A stretch of DNA of 64,000 bases, from NCBI GenBank assembly GCA_026708055.1, contig JAPOVS010000019.1:532-64531 (forward strand), given 5' to 3'. The notes under the pieces were generated by a model. It was not told the DNA's origin. It worked only from the letters and a program-made list of their open reading frames with translations, and searched no databases. Position 1 is the stretch's first letter. Each line of letters opens with the position of its first letter. The stretch is from a bacterium. Its GTDB lineage: Bacteria > Actinomycetota > Acidimicrobiia > Acidimicrobiales > CATQHL01. Positions 18,857 to 28,506 of the stretch are shown here, one piece after another. The translations under genes and the position numbers were made by a program.

Positions 18857-19578
18857 TGTCGACGGATCGGGACAGGCGCCACGTCGTCGTGAGTGGCGCC
18901 GCGGGAACGCTCGGGCGGGCGATCTGCAACGAGTTCGAACGTCGCGGGGCCATTGTCACGCCTCTGGACATCGAGGGTGTGACGCGGGAGCAGCGGTGCG
19001 ACGTCACCGATGAGCCCTCTGTGGCGCGGGCTCTCGAGGCGGCGTCGGCACGGTCGCCGGTCACCGACGTCGTCCACGCAGCGGGTGCTCTGTCCGTCGG
19101 ACCTGTGATCGAACTCGACGCGACGGAGATCCGGCGCATCCTGGACGTCAACCTCCTCGGAGCCTTCCTCGTGGCCAAGCAGTCGGCAACGTTCCTGGCC
19201 GACGGAGGCACGATCACCCTGATCTCGTCGCAGGCCGGTGTGCGATCGGGCGAGTACTGGTCCCTCTACTCGGCCTCCAAGGCCGGCGTCCTCCGGCTCG
19301 TGGAGTCACTGGCCGTCGAACTCGGCCCGCGGGGCATACGCGTCAACGCCGTGTGCCCCGGGTCGGTCGACACACCGATGATGCGCGAGTCCATCACGGC
19401 GCTCTCGCAGCAAACGGGGACCCCTGAGGCGTCGATCAACGAGAATTACCGGGCCGGGATTCCCCTCGGACGGCTCGCGCAGCCGGCCGAGGTCGCCACC
19501 GTCTGCGCGTTCCTGGCCACCGAGGACGCCTCGTTCGTCAACGGAACTGCCATCGAGGTGGACGGCGGGGAGTTGTGA
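18853..19578 (+). CDS. Short-chain dehydrogenase/reductase (SDR)
   Basis: MMSTDRDRRHVVVSGAAGTLG… (TGxxxGxG-like), …YSASKAG… (YxxxK) and …GIRVNAVCPG…. Confidence 0.88.
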   Translation: MMSTDRDRRHVVVSGAAGTLGRAICNEFERRGAIVTPLDIEGVTREQRCDVTDEPSVARALEAASARSPVTDVVHAAGALSVGPVIELDATEIRRILDVNLLGAFLVAKQSATFLADGGTITLISSQAGVRSGEYWSLYSASKAGVLRLVESLAVELGPRGIRVNAVCPGSVDTPMMRESITALSQQTGTPEASINENYRAGIPLGRLAQPAEVATVCAFLATEDASFVNGTAIEVDGGEL

Positions 19579-20897
19579 CGGCGGTCGCCGAACTGCCGTC
19601 GTCCGCGAGGACCGTCGCGGTGGCTGTGCCGAACTACGCCGGCCGCCTGATCGGCAAGCGCCTGCCCGCGGCGCGGTGGCCCTCCGTGGTCGAGTCGGGC
19701 ATGGCCATGCCCGACTTCCACCTCGTCTCCGCGGTGGACAACTTCCCCGTGCCGAACATGGAGGTGACCGGACTCCACACCGGGTTCCGCAACGGCGTGC
19801 TCCGTCCCGACGTGGCGACCCTTGCACCGCTCCCGTGGGAGCCGGGCACCGTGATCGTCCTGTGTGACACCTTCGACAGCGCGGGCGAGCCGGTTGACGA
19901 GGCGCCTCGCAGCATCCTGCGCCGGCAGGTGGCGCGCCTCGCGGAGAGGGGGCTCGAGGCAACGGTGGCCTCGGAGTTGGAGTTCTACCTGTTCCGCACG
20001 AGCTATGAGGAGGCGCACAAAGCCGCCTACAGCCGTGTCGAGCCGAGCTATCACCGCCATCCCGACAACGACATCCTGATTGCGGGCTACGACGAGCCGT
20101 TCCTCGAGGCGCTGCGCGGGTACCTCGCGGGCATGGGGATCCCGGTCGTGGCCTCCCAGGGCGAAGGCGGGCGCGGCCAGCACGAGTTGAATCTGCGCCA
20201 CTCCGATCCGCTGGGGGCCGCCGACACCCACGTGCTGTACAAGCTGGCGGTCAAGGCCACCGCTCAGAGCCTGAATCGCTCCGTGACGTTCATGGCCAAG
20301 CCCTCGAGCGATGTGGGCTCCGGGTGCCACATCCACCTGTCGATCCTCGGCGAGGGGCGCAACGCTCTCGGTGGACCGGGGGGATCGCTCAGCCACACCG
20401 GCGAACGATTCCTCGCGGGTCTGGTGGGATTCGCCGGCGACTTCACGGCGCTTCACGCTCCCTACGCCAACTCGTACCGGCGTCTCCGCCCCGGCTCGTG
20501 GGTGCCGGTGAACGCGACCTGGGGTTTCGACAATCGAACCTGCCTGGTCCGGGTCGTCGGGAGCGACCGCGACCTCCGCTTCGAGTTCCGCCTTCCCGGC
20601 GCCGACGTCAATCCGTACCTGGCGGCCGCGGCGTTGCTTGCCTCCGGCCTCGCCGGGTTCGACGGCGAACTCGGTCCACCGCCGCCTGTGGCGGGGAATG
20701 CCTACGAATCCGACGCTCCGGGGCTTCCCGCCGATCTCACGGAGGCCGTCCAGCGATTCGGGGACTCTGAGGTGGCAAGGGCGGCGTTCGGTCCGAGCGT
20801 GCACGCTCACCTGCTCGGCATGGTCCGCAACGAGCGCGACGAGGCGCGAGCAGCTGTGACCGACTGGGATCTCCAGCGCGGCTTCGAGAACGCCTGA
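19575..20897 (+). CDS. Glutamine synthetase family protein (gamma-glutamyl-amine ligase-like)
   Basis: 440 aa with GS catalytic-domain motifs (…SELEFYLF…, …GEGGRGQHELNL…, …NSYRRL…). The GTG start overlaps the SDR stop. Confidence 0.85.
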   Translation: MTAVAELPSSARTVAVAVPNYAGRLIGKRLPAARWPSVVESGMAMPDFHLVSAVDNFPVPNMEVTGLHTGFRNGVLRPDVATLAPLPWEPGTVIVLCDTFDSAGEPVDEAPRSILRRQVARLAERGLEATVASELEFYLFRTSYEEAHKAAYSRVEPSYHRHPDNDILIAGYDEPFLEALRGYLAGMGIPVVASQGEGGRGQHELNLRHSDPLGAADTHVLYKLAVKATAQSLNRSVTFMAKPSSDVGSGCHIHLSILGEGRNALGGPGGSLSHTGERFLAGLVGFAGDFTALHAPYANSYRRLRPGSWVPVNATWGFDNRTCLVRVVGSDRDLRFEFRLPGADVNPYLAAAALLASGLAGFDGELGPPPPVAGNAYESDAPGLPADLTEAVQRFGDSEVARAAFGPSVHAHLLGMVRNERDEARAAVTDWDLQRGFENA

Positions 20898-20912
20898 GCA
20901 ACTGCGGCAGCT

Positions 20913-21956
20913 CTATTGCCGGAGGGGCAGCACGCGCGCCGGGTTCTCGGTCATCATCTGGAGCACCACCGACTCCGGGACTCCTTCGAGCACGAAACGG
21001 GGCAGGATGTTCTGGAGGAGGTGCGCGTACCCGTATCCCCCCCATGTACGGAGCTGGATCTTGAAGCAGCAGTCGTGGGAGAGCAGGATCTGCGACTCGT
21101 AGCCCTCGGCGACCAGACGGCTCACCGCCTTCGTCTTGGCGTAGTCGCCCGGCGAGATGAAGTCGTTCTCACTCTCGAAGAATTCGTGACCGAACAGGTC
21201 GAACTCCACGTAGCAACCCAGATCCAGCACCCGCCGGTGGTAGTCGGGGCGGTGCAGCGTGGTGTCCATGTGACCCATGATCACCCGCGACAGGTCCGCT
21301 CCCTCCTCACCGAGGATGTCGGCTGCCTGGAGCGCGGAGTCCACCTCGACCGCGTGCGCTGCCGTGTGCACGGATATGGCGGCGCCGGTCTCCAGGGAGG
21401 CACGGGCCGCGGCCCGCAGGGAGCGCTCCTCGACAGGCGTCAGCGGGTGGGACATCCCGATCTCCCCGATCACGCCGGCGCGGACACCCGTGCCGCCGAC
21501 GCCCTCGGTGAGGTCCCGGACGATGTGGTCGGCGAGTTGCTCGACACTCGCCGCGCGGATGTCGTCGCTGAGGCTGGCGTCGACGTAGAAGCCCGAGCCG
21601 AGCACGAGGTTGAGGCCGGTGCGGCGCGAGACGACCGCCAACTGTTCGGGCTGCCCGCCGAGACCGACACAGCTCAGGTCGACGACCGTCCGGCCGCCCA
21701 GCCTTGCGTAGGCGTCGAGTTCACGGACCGCGGTGTCGACGTCGTCCAGGTAGAGGAGGAACCGGTTGGAGTTCGGGTGCTGGCGCATCCACCACAGGTT
21801 CTCGAGTGTCGGCTCGGCCTCGGCGAGCCGCGCCCCTTCGGGGTCGGTCGGTTCGGAGAACCAGGCGGAGCTGTCGCACAGCACGTGCTCGTGCGGCAGC
21901 GTGATGCCCATCTCGGCTGGATCCACGTCCCCCAGGACCGTGCGCAACATCGGCAT
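20913..21956 (-). CDS. Phosphotriesterase-related (PTER/Php) amidohydrolase-superfamily protein
   Basis: MPMLRTVLGDVDPAEMGITLPHEHVL… carries the HxH metal motif. GGAGAAGGAGAG precedes the ATG at 21956. The longer 671-aa ORF was rejected. Confidence 0.85.
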   Translation of the reverse strand: MPMLRTVLGDVDPAEMGITLPHEHVLCDSSAWFSEPTDPEGARLAEAEPTLENLWWMRQHPNSNRFLLYLDDVDTAVRELDAYARLGGRTVVDLSCVGLGGQPEQLAVVSRRTGLNLVLGSGFYVDASLSDDIRAASVEQLADHIVRDLTEGVGGTGVRAGVIGEIGMSHPLTPVEERSLRAAARASLETGAAISVHTAAHAVEVDSALQAADILGEEGADLSRVIMGHMDTTLHRPDYHRRVLDLGCYVEFDLFGHEFFESENDFISPGDYAKTKAVSRLVAEGYESQILLSHDCCFKIQLRTWGGYGYAHLLQNILPRFVLEGVPESVVLQMMTENPARVLPLRQ

Positions 21957-21991
21957 CTCTCCTTCTCCCATCGTCTTCGCCGTCCCGACTC

Positions 21992-23782
21992 CTATGTGAA
22001 CGGGAGCCTCGCGTCGACGTCCTCCTCGCCGCCGGCTCTGCCCGTGACCGCATCGGGCCTCCGCTGGGTCCGACGTGTCAGCGCCATGTACACCACCGCG
22101 GCGATGAGTGGCACGACCATCAGGATCGAGGCCACCGCGTTGACGGTCGGCGGGATCCCGCGACGGTTCATGATGCTCCAGATGACCGGTGGGAGCGTCG
22201 GGTCCGTCCCGGCGATGAAGTTGGTCACCACGAACTCGTCCATCGAGATGGCGAAGACGATCAGTCCCGTTCCGGCGATGATGGGGAGCAGGATCCGCAG
22301 GGTCACCCGCCTCAGCGCTCCCCAGTAGCTGCAGCCCAGATCCCTCGCGGCCTCCTCGACGTTCCGATCGAAGTTCTGTAGCGCCGCCATCACGATCAGG
22401 ACCACGAACGGGAGCACCAGCGTCACCTGGCCGAGCACGATGGATCGCATCGACGGGATCCACTCGAGGAATCGGAACATCGCCAGAATCGAGAAGCCCA
22501 CCACGACCCCCGGCAGGGCGATCGGGAGAACGACCGCTCCCATGAGGGCGGGCTTGGTGACGAAGGTTCGGCGGGTCACCGCGAACGCGGTCGGGAGTCC
22601 GATCGCCAATCCGATGGCGACGACCAGGCCGGCCACCTTGAGGCTCGTCCCGAACCCACCGCGGATCGTCTCGTCGGTGAAGATCTCCCTGTACCAGTCG
22701 AGGGTCCAGCCGGTGATCGGCAGGGAGGCGATCGGCAGTTGATTGAACGAGAGGATCAGAACGAGGATCAGTGGCACCCACAGGAACAGCAGCAGCAGGA
22801 GCAGGTAGGCGTGCCCCCAGGGCAGGCGCCTGACCCACACCGGCCACGCAGGCCGCACTTGACGAGCGCGAGCGGCAGTGGCCATTGCGCCGAGGCAGCG
22901 CGCTCCCCCCGTGAGCACCCTTACGCACAGGAGGACACCGACGATGAATGCGGCCGCCGCGACGATCAGCGAGAACGACAGGGCTGAGGCCAGGGCGTAG
23001 TTGCCGGTGATCCCGAACTGGTCGAAGATCACACGGCCGATCATCAGGCTTCCCTTGCCCCCGACGAGCTGAGGGGTCACGTAGTCGCCGACCGCCAGCA
23101 CGAAGGTCAGGACGAACGCCGTGAGGACGCCTCTGGCGGTGAGCGGGAGTGTGACTCTCAGGAATGTCTCGACGGGTCCGGCGCCCAGGTCCCGGCTGGC
23201 GCGAATCAGATCGGGATTGACCGACTCCATGGCCCCGGCGATCGGGAGCATCGCGATGGGGACGAGGATGTGGGTCAATGCGATGATCACGCCCGGCCGG
23301 CCGAGCAACGTCAGAGGCTCGCTGATCAGGCCGAGCGAGTCGAGCGCGGAGTTCAGGATGCCGGCGGGGGTCAGGATCGCCTTCCAGGCATAAATCCGTA
23401 CGAGGTATGACGCCAGGGCCGAAGCCACGATGAGGAACAGGATCATCCGGCGACCTCGCGAGATGATGAATCGCAGGACGTAGGCCCCGAGATAGGCCAC
23501 CGGGAGAACGACTGCGGAAACCGTCAACCCCAGCAACAGTGTCCGCAGGATGAGGCCGTAGTAGAGATCGTCGGTGACGACCTCCCGATACTGGTCCAAG
23601 GACCAGGTTCGGATGAGTGTGAAGACCCCCGTCTCCCAGAAGCTGAACAGGAAGAACACGCTGACGGGAATGAGGAGGCCGGCGAGCAGCCAGCCCATGC
23701 TCGGGTAGGTTGCGAGCGGAGGCAGGTAGCTCCGGCGCCGGGACCGGTCGAGCAGACTGAATGCTCGCAGGTTCGGCGGCAT
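21992..23782 (-). CDS. Fused ABC transporter permease (PotB-PotC-like, two permease domains)
   Basis: ~596 aa, many TM segments, two permease-like halves. The ATG overlaps the ATPase stop (ATGA). Confidence 0.85.
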   Translation of the reverse strand: MPPNLRAFSLLDRSRRRSYLPPLATYPSMGWLLAGLLIPVSVFFLFSFWETGVFTLIRTWSLDQYREVVTDDLYYGLILRTLLLGLTVSAVVLPVAYLGAYVLRFIISRGRRMILFLIVASALASYLVRIYAWKAILTPAGILNSALDSLGLISEPLTLLGRPGVIIALTHILVPIAMLPIAGAMESVNPDLIRASRDLGAGPVETFLRVTLPLTARGVLTAFVLTFVLAVGDYVTPQLVGGKGSLMIGRVIFDQFGITGNYALASALSFSLIVAAAAFIVGVLLCVRVLTGGARCLGAMATAARARQVRPAWPVWVRRLPWGHAYLLLLLLFLWVPLILVLILSFNQLPIASLPITGWTLDWYREIFTDETIRGGFGTSLKVAGLVVAIGLAIGLPTAFAVTRRTFVTKPALMGAVVLPIALPGVVVGFSILAMFRFLEWIPSMRSIVLGQVTLVLPFVVLIVMAALQNFDRNVEEAARDLGCSYWGALRRVTLRILLPIIAGTGLIVFAISMDEFVVTNFIAGTDPTLPPVIWSIMNRRGIPPTVNAVASILMVVPLIAAVVYMALTRRTQRRPDAVTGRAGGEEDVDARLPFT

Positions 23783-24900
23783 CACCCGGGCAGGATCGCC
23801 ATGTCGCTCGGCGACCAACTCACGACCACCCGCGACCCGATTGCATGATGCCGGTCGTCGATGGCCAGCTCCTGCACGGTGAGAATGCTGCCGTCGCCGA
23901 GCCGGACGAGGTGCCGGTACAGCGAGCCGAGGAAAATCGAGTCGAGGAGTTCACCGCCGACACTGAGCCTCTCCGCCTCGATGGTTCCCGCTCCATCGTC
24001 CAGTCTCAGGTGCTCGGGCCGCACGGAGAGGGAGACGTCACCGGTGGCGTCTGACTCGTTCGGGATTCGCAGATCGAGATTGCGCACAGTGATCGCCGCC
24101 TCGGTGGCCTGTGCCGCCAGCAGGTTCGTCTCGCCGATGAACTCCGCCACGAAGCGGTTGCGAGGATTCCGGTAGATGTCCTGGGGGGTGCCGTCCTGCA
24201 TGATCCGCCCGGACCGCATGATCACCACCCGGTTCGACATCACCAAGGCTTCTTCCTGGTCATGCGTGACGTACACGAATGTCCCGCCCAGTCGCCGGTG
24301 CAGGGCTCGGAGTTCGAGTTGCATCTCCTTTCGCAGCTTGAGGTCGAGCGCGCCGAGCGGCTCGTCGAGGAGGAGAACGTCAGGCCGGTTGACGATCGCC
24401 CGCGCCAGCGCAACGCGCTGCTGCTGGCCGCCGGACAACTGGTCCACTCTCCGAGCCTCGAGTCCTTCGAGTTGGACCATGGAGATCGCCGTCCCGACTC
24501 TCTCGGCGGCTTCTTCCCGAGGAGTGCGTGCGACCTTGAGGCCGAACCGGACGTTGTCGGCGACGTCGAGGTGCGGGAAGAGGGCGTAGTGCTGGAAGAC
24601 GTAGTTGACCGGACGCTGCTCTGGAGGTGTCGACGTGGAGGTGTGCCCGGAGATCTCGACGTCGCCGGTGTCGAGGCGATCGAGTCCGGCCACGATGCGC
24701 AGCAGCGTCGTCTTGCCACAGCCGGACGGACCCAGCAGCGTGACGAACTCCCCCTGCGAGATCTGCAGGTCCACGCTGTCGAGGGCGCAGACCTCGTCGA
24801 AGTACTTCGAGACGCCTCTCAGAACGAGGGCTGCGGGTCGCGAATCACCGATCGAGGGACCGGCGCGCTCGTGCTCTCCTGCTCCTGCAGCCACGTTCAA
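23782..24900 (-). CDS. ABC transporter ATP-binding protein (PotA-like)
   Basis: Walker A GPSGCGKTT, signature LSGGQQQRVALARA, Walker B LLLDEP, plus a C-terminal regulatory domain. Confidence 0.92.
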   Translation of the reverse strand: MNVAAGAGEHERAGPSIGDSRPAALVLRGVSKYFDEVCALDSVDLQISQGEFVTLLGPSGCGKTTLLRIVAGLDRLDTGDVEISGHTSTSTPPEQRPVNYVFQHYALFPHLDVADNVRFGLKVARTPREEAAERVGTAISMVQLEGLEARRVDQLSGGQQQRVALARAIVNRPDVLLLDEPLGALDLKLRKEMQLELRALHRRLGGTFVYVTHDQEEALVMSNRVVIMRSGRIMQDGTPQDIYRNPRNRFVAEFIGETNLLAAQATEAAITVRNLDLRIPNESDATGDVSLSVRPEHLRLDDGAGTIEAERLSVGGELLDSIFLGSLYRHLVRLGDGSILTVQELAIDDRHHAIGSRVVVSWSPSDMAILPG

Positions 24901-24915
24901 ACCGTACGAGGACAG

Positions 24916-24949
24916 GCCCGGGGCCGGCGCTGCGACGCCGGCCCCGGGC
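24916..24949 (-). terminator. Intercistronic GC hairpin between the SBP and ATPase genes
   Basis: GCCCGGGGCCGGCG-ctgcga-CGCCGGCCCCGGGC forms a perfect 14-bp stem with a 6-nt loop and no obvious U-tract. Confidence 0.45.
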
Positions 24950-24962
24950 GGTCACGACGTCT

Positions 24963-26162
24963 CTATGCGCCGGCCTTGAAGTCCTGCCAGCGCTTCAGCC
25001 ACGTGTCGTACGTCGCGTACTGGTCGGACTCGACCGGTGGCCACTCCACCGGCGGCGCCGCCTCGAACACGGCCGCGCGGTCCTCGTAGACGGCCCACTC
25101 GAACCCCATCGGGACGAGCCGTGCCATTGCCGCCGGATGGGTGACCGCCCAGCCGAGCATCTCGCCCTGCGCGAACTGCGTCGACTCGCTGATGGCGTCG
25201 TTCAACGCCTCGTACATGGCGTCGGTGGGCTCCACGTCGGAGGCGATGAACAGCGCGTCGATCCAGGACCAGCCCACCCCGGGCGGGAAGTGAACCTCCA
25301 CGGGGATGTCGGCCTCGCGGGCCCTCAGTGCTGTCGGCGCGTTGTCCGGCCAGGCGGCGATGATCTCGCCTCGCGTGTAGGCGCCGGCGTACTCGGCATA
25401 GGGGTTCGCCAGGATGCCGAAGGAGGCGTCCCTGAACTCCTCCAGCTTCTCGAAGACCTGATCGAGCTCATCCTCGGTCAGCAACCCCGGCGTGTCCCCG
25501 CCGAGCCCGAGCAGTCGGGCGACCATGATGATCACCGTGTTGCCGTCATCGCCGATGGCGAACTTGCCGTCGTACTTCGGTTCGAGCAGTGACTCGAGGG
25601 ACTCAGGTGGTCCGGTGCCGTCGTCGACGTAGGTCAAGCCCATGCTCGCCCAGGCGATCGGAACACCGATCACCCCTTCGTCCGTGTTGATCAGCGGCTC
25701 ATTGCGGAGTTCGGCGGGCAACTGTTCCCAGTTCGGGATCCGGCTGACGTCCAGCGGCTGCATCACTCCCGCAGCCTGGAGGGTCGGGAAGATGTTCTCG
25801 ATGCCGACGCTGATGTCGTAGGTGCCCTTCTTGTTGATCGGGTCCTCGTTCGCCACCATGTAAGTCGCTTCGATCTCGTAGGTGGCGGGTTCGGGATCGC
25901 GCACCTCGTAGCCCTCCCAGACCAGGAAGCGCACCGTTTCCTTCTCGGCCGCGGCCGGCGGCGCCGGCTCCGGTGGAGGAGGCGGCTCCGGGGCGGGTGC
26001 TGCCGGAGCAGGCGCCGGTGCCTCGCCGGCGTCCTCGTCGTCGCCGCAGGACGCCGCGATCAGCGTGAGGACCAGGAGCGATATTCCGAGTCGGAGAAGA
26101 CCCCGCCTCCTGCCGGCCGGACGCCGACGCTCGTGTCTGGATGTGATGGATCGCGCGTGCAT
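24963..26162 (-). CDS. Polyamine-type (PotD/PotF-like) ABC substrate-binding lipoprotein
   Basis: MHARSI…LVLTLIAASCGDD gives a signal peptide plus lipobox. This is followed by a Pro/Ala-rich linker and a periplasmic-binding-protein-like body. Confidence 0.8.
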   Translation of the reverse strand: MHARSITSRHERRRPAGRRRGLLRLGISLLVLTLIAASCGDDEDAGEAPAPAPAAPAPEPPPPPEPAPPAAAEKETVRFLVWEGYEVRDPEPATYEIEATYMVANEDPINKKGTYDISVGIENIFPTLQAAGVMQPLDVSRIPNWEQLPAELRNEPLINTDEGVIGVPIAWASMGLTYVDDGTGPPESLESLLEPKYDGKFAIGDDGNTVIIMVARLLGLGGDTPGLLTEDELDQVFEKLEEFRDASFGILANPYAEYAGAYTRGEIIAAWPDNAPTALRAREADIPVEVHFPPGVGWSWIDALFIASDVEPTDAMYEALNDAISESTQFAQGEMLGWAVTHPAAMARLVPMGFEWAVYEDRAAVFEAAPPVEWPPVESDQYATYDTWLKRWQDFKAGA

Positions 26163-26319
26163 GATCTCCCTCCTTGATCTCCGGCCCCCCGGGAGTTCCT
26201 GTGCCCTGGCGGACGCTCCGGCCCGGGCTGCGCACCTCGGACTGTAGTTCACACGGGGGTCCGGAGCGGCGGGCCGCAACGTGGCGCTCGACTGGCGGTC
26301 CCGCCCTCGAGCGCGCAGA

Positions 26320-26357
26320 GGGGCCGCCGGCGGAGCTCGGCTCCGGCCGGCGGCCCC
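26320..26357 (-). terminator. Hairpin downstream of the displaced SBP 3' fragment
   Basis: GGGGCCGCCGGC … GCCGGCGGCCCC forms a 12-bp stem, 12 nt after the stop at 26370. The corresponding sequence after the intact gene copy (about 30845-30880) is degenerate. Confidence 0.45.
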
Positions 26358-26369
26358 TCTGAGAGACGC

Positions 26370-26627
26370 TCAGTTCATCGAGGCCCAGATGAGTTCGTCG
26401 CCGTCGTACAGCTTCGGGATGACGGTGATGTCAATCATCGACCGCCAGTCGGGGAGTTCGTCGAAGACCCCCAACTCGACCAGCACCTCCATCTCCCTGC
26501 CCAGGCCGGCTACGTTGAACTGACCGATGACGAGACCCTCAGGCGTCACTTCCTCGATGCTCTTCTGATCCGTCGTCCAGCGGAACAACTCGTGCTCGCG
26601 GGCGAAGAACAGGTTGTTTCCGGCGGC
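26370..26627 (-). pseudogene. Orphan 3' fragment (last 85 codons) of the NMT1-like SBP gene; direct repeat R2 copy A
   Basis: 258 nt matching 30893-31150 with 4 mismatches. The upstream part of the 103-aa ORF is unrelated sequence. Confidence 0.92.
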
Positions 26628-26723
26628 AGATTCCCTCCGGGTCAATTCTCCGCACACCCGATCGGGCATCCGCCGTTGCAACTCGATTGCCTCGGCATGT
26701 TCCTTCTGCCCGCGTAGTCAGCG

Positions 26724-27059
26724 GTGGCCAACGGCTCGGCGGGCGTTGGAAGCGACGAGAACCGGCCGCTCATCGTCGCCACAGCGGCTCTCACCTTCAT
26801 TCCCAACGGCGAGAAGTTCGGATTCGATGCACTGGTGGACACCGGCGTACAGCGCACAGCTGTGACGGCTACCGTCGTCTCCCGTCTCAAGACCATGGTT
26901 TCCGGCTCAGGAACGCTCGTAGCAGGCGTTGACGGGACCAGCGTGCCCATCGGCACGCTCTGGCTGCGGATCGGAGCTCCCTCACGCGGTAAAGCTATCG
27001 GCGACGTCGCACCGGACCTCCAGCCCCAATTCCACCATCGCCGGAGTCAGGCAAGCTGA
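26724..27059 (+). CDS. Hypothetical; possible retropepsin-like aspartyl protease domain
   Basis: 111 aa (GTG start) with …GEKFGFDALVDTGVQRTAVTATVVSRL…VAGVDGTSVPIG…, i.e. a DTG-type motif in a suitable context. This is a weak call. Confidence 0.3.
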   Translation: MANGSAGVGSDENRPLIVATAALTFIPNGEKFGFDALVDTGVQRTAVTATVVSRLKTMVSGSGTLVAGVDGTSVPIGTLWLRIGAPSRGKAIGDVAPDLQPQFHHRRSQAS

Positions 27060-27250
27060 CTCCGCGGAACCCACGGCACACCACACAGGCGTATGGCAGT
27101 CATGATTCTGGAGGTCAGTGGTCGGGGCCTCAGTCACAGGTGAGGCCGAGGCCGCGCTCGGGGACTTGGCGCTGCGCCGGCCTCCCGATTGCACGCCCCG
27201 ATAGCGTGGCTGGTGTTGACCCGCTGCGCCACAAGGGAGACGGCATCGTC

Positions 27251-27751
27251 GTGAACGACGTGTGGATCGTGCTCATCAGCGTCTGTGCAGGTTGGGTGCT
27301 GTCCATGTTCACCCCGGCTGCGACCCGTTGGCTCACCAGGAAGCGCCGACGCCGCTCATTCGCTTTGCTCGTGTGTCCCATTCTGGACAAGTTCGTCGCC
27401 GACTGTCAGGCCGCGATCAACGACGAAGGAAGATATCGGAACGGTAACCGCCTCCCCAGCGTTCCGATGCCGACCGAACCCGAGTTTCCGGCGGAAATCG
27501 ACTGGACATCCATCAACGCGGCCATGGCCTATCGGATCTTGTCACTGCGAGCCGCGACGGCCAGAGTCGACCACGAATTACGTTACGTCGAAGAGGAACT
27601 CCACGATCCGCCTGAGAACGAGCCGTGGTTCTCGTATCGTCGCAAACGGTGCCTACAGCTAGCGAGCGAGGCCTCGGACCTGTCGACGGACCTTCGCCCG
27701 TCGCCCAAGCTGGCTCCGGAGGCGCGCACCGCGGCGACGGGCTCGCGGTAG
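27251..27751 (+). CDS. Hypothetical membrane-anchored protein (1 N-terminal TM + helical domain)
   Basis: GTG preceded by AAGGGAGA. VWIVLISVCAGWVLSMF is a predicted TM segment followed by RKRRRR. No recognisable family. Local GC is ~58-62%. Confidence 0.45.
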   Translation: MNDVWIVLISVCAGWVLSMFTPAATRWLTRKRRRRSFALLVCPILDKFVADCQAAINDEGRYRNGNRLPSVPMPTEPEFPAEIDWTSINAAMAYRILSLRAATARVDHELRYVEEELHDPPENEPWFSYRRKRCLQLASEASDLSTDLRPSPKLAPEARTAATGSR

Positions 27752-27999
27752 TCTGTCGAGTTGCGCCCAGCCCGCTGCCAACTCGCGCAGCGCCGCCCGC
27801 AGATCGAATGGCGGCCATCGATCGAGGGGGGCTTGCGTCGATCTCGTCGAAGTGATCGAGCCCCGCGCACCCCGAACCGTCACGGCGTGGCCCTGGCTGC
27901 GCCGTCGCGCTCCTCGTCGCGACTGCCGAGAGCCACGCCCCCGAAGGGTTTGACCGTGCTTCGAGGCTGTAGCCGGTCATAGGATTCACTCGGCTGCGC

Positions 28000-28407
28000 A
28001 TGACCTTCGAGGAGGTTCTGATGAGCGTTGATCGAATCCCGCTGTCGACGCTGGGAGTACCCGTCAAATCAGTGAGTCCCAGCGACACAGGCCGGCGCGC
28101 TGGAGCGCTGATGGATGAACTCAACGTTGATCAGCTGCCGGTCGTTGACGATGCAAATCGGCTGCGAGGCGTTGTGACACGGAGGCGGCTGTGGAGAGAA
28201 CTGAACTGGCGTCAAGTCGATGTTTCCGAGATTCTCGATGTCATGCCGCCCGCTCGGGTGCGGCGCTCGGCCACAACTCTCGGTGAGGTGTTCGAGTTGC
28301 TATTCGAGCATGACTTCGTGCTCATCTCCGACGACGAGGGGCAAACCGTCACAGCCATCGTGACCATCAACGACGTGGCCAAGCACCTCTACGAGAATGC
28401 CGACTGA
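28000..28407 (+). CDS. CBS-pair domain protein
   Basis: 135 aa with two CBS-like repeats (…LMDELNVDQLPVVDDANRLRGVVTRRRL… and …LFEHDFVLISDDEGQTVTAIVTINDVAKHL…). Confidence 0.7.
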   Translation: MTFEEVLMSVDRIPLSTLGVPVKSVSPSDTGRRAGALMDELNVDQLPVVDDANRLRGVVTRRRLWRELNWRQVDVSEILDVMPPARVRRSATTLGEVFELLFEHDFVLISDDEGQTVTAIVTINDVAKHLYENAD

Positions 28408-28506
28408 GGAGGTCTGCGCTTGGACGTGGCGCACGGCGCGTCCGACCCAATCGCCTGACAGGCCGCGCCGCAGGCCAGGACGGTCGTCGGCTTGGGGGAG
28501 ATTCCA

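Noticed and set aside
20913-22928. 671-aa ORF that appears to fuse a large N-terminal domain to the phosphotriesterase-like protein
   Set aside because: The first ~320 aa are Arg/Gly/Pro-rich out-of-frame read-through across the permease gene. A strong RBS and MPMLRTV… at 21956 define the real start.
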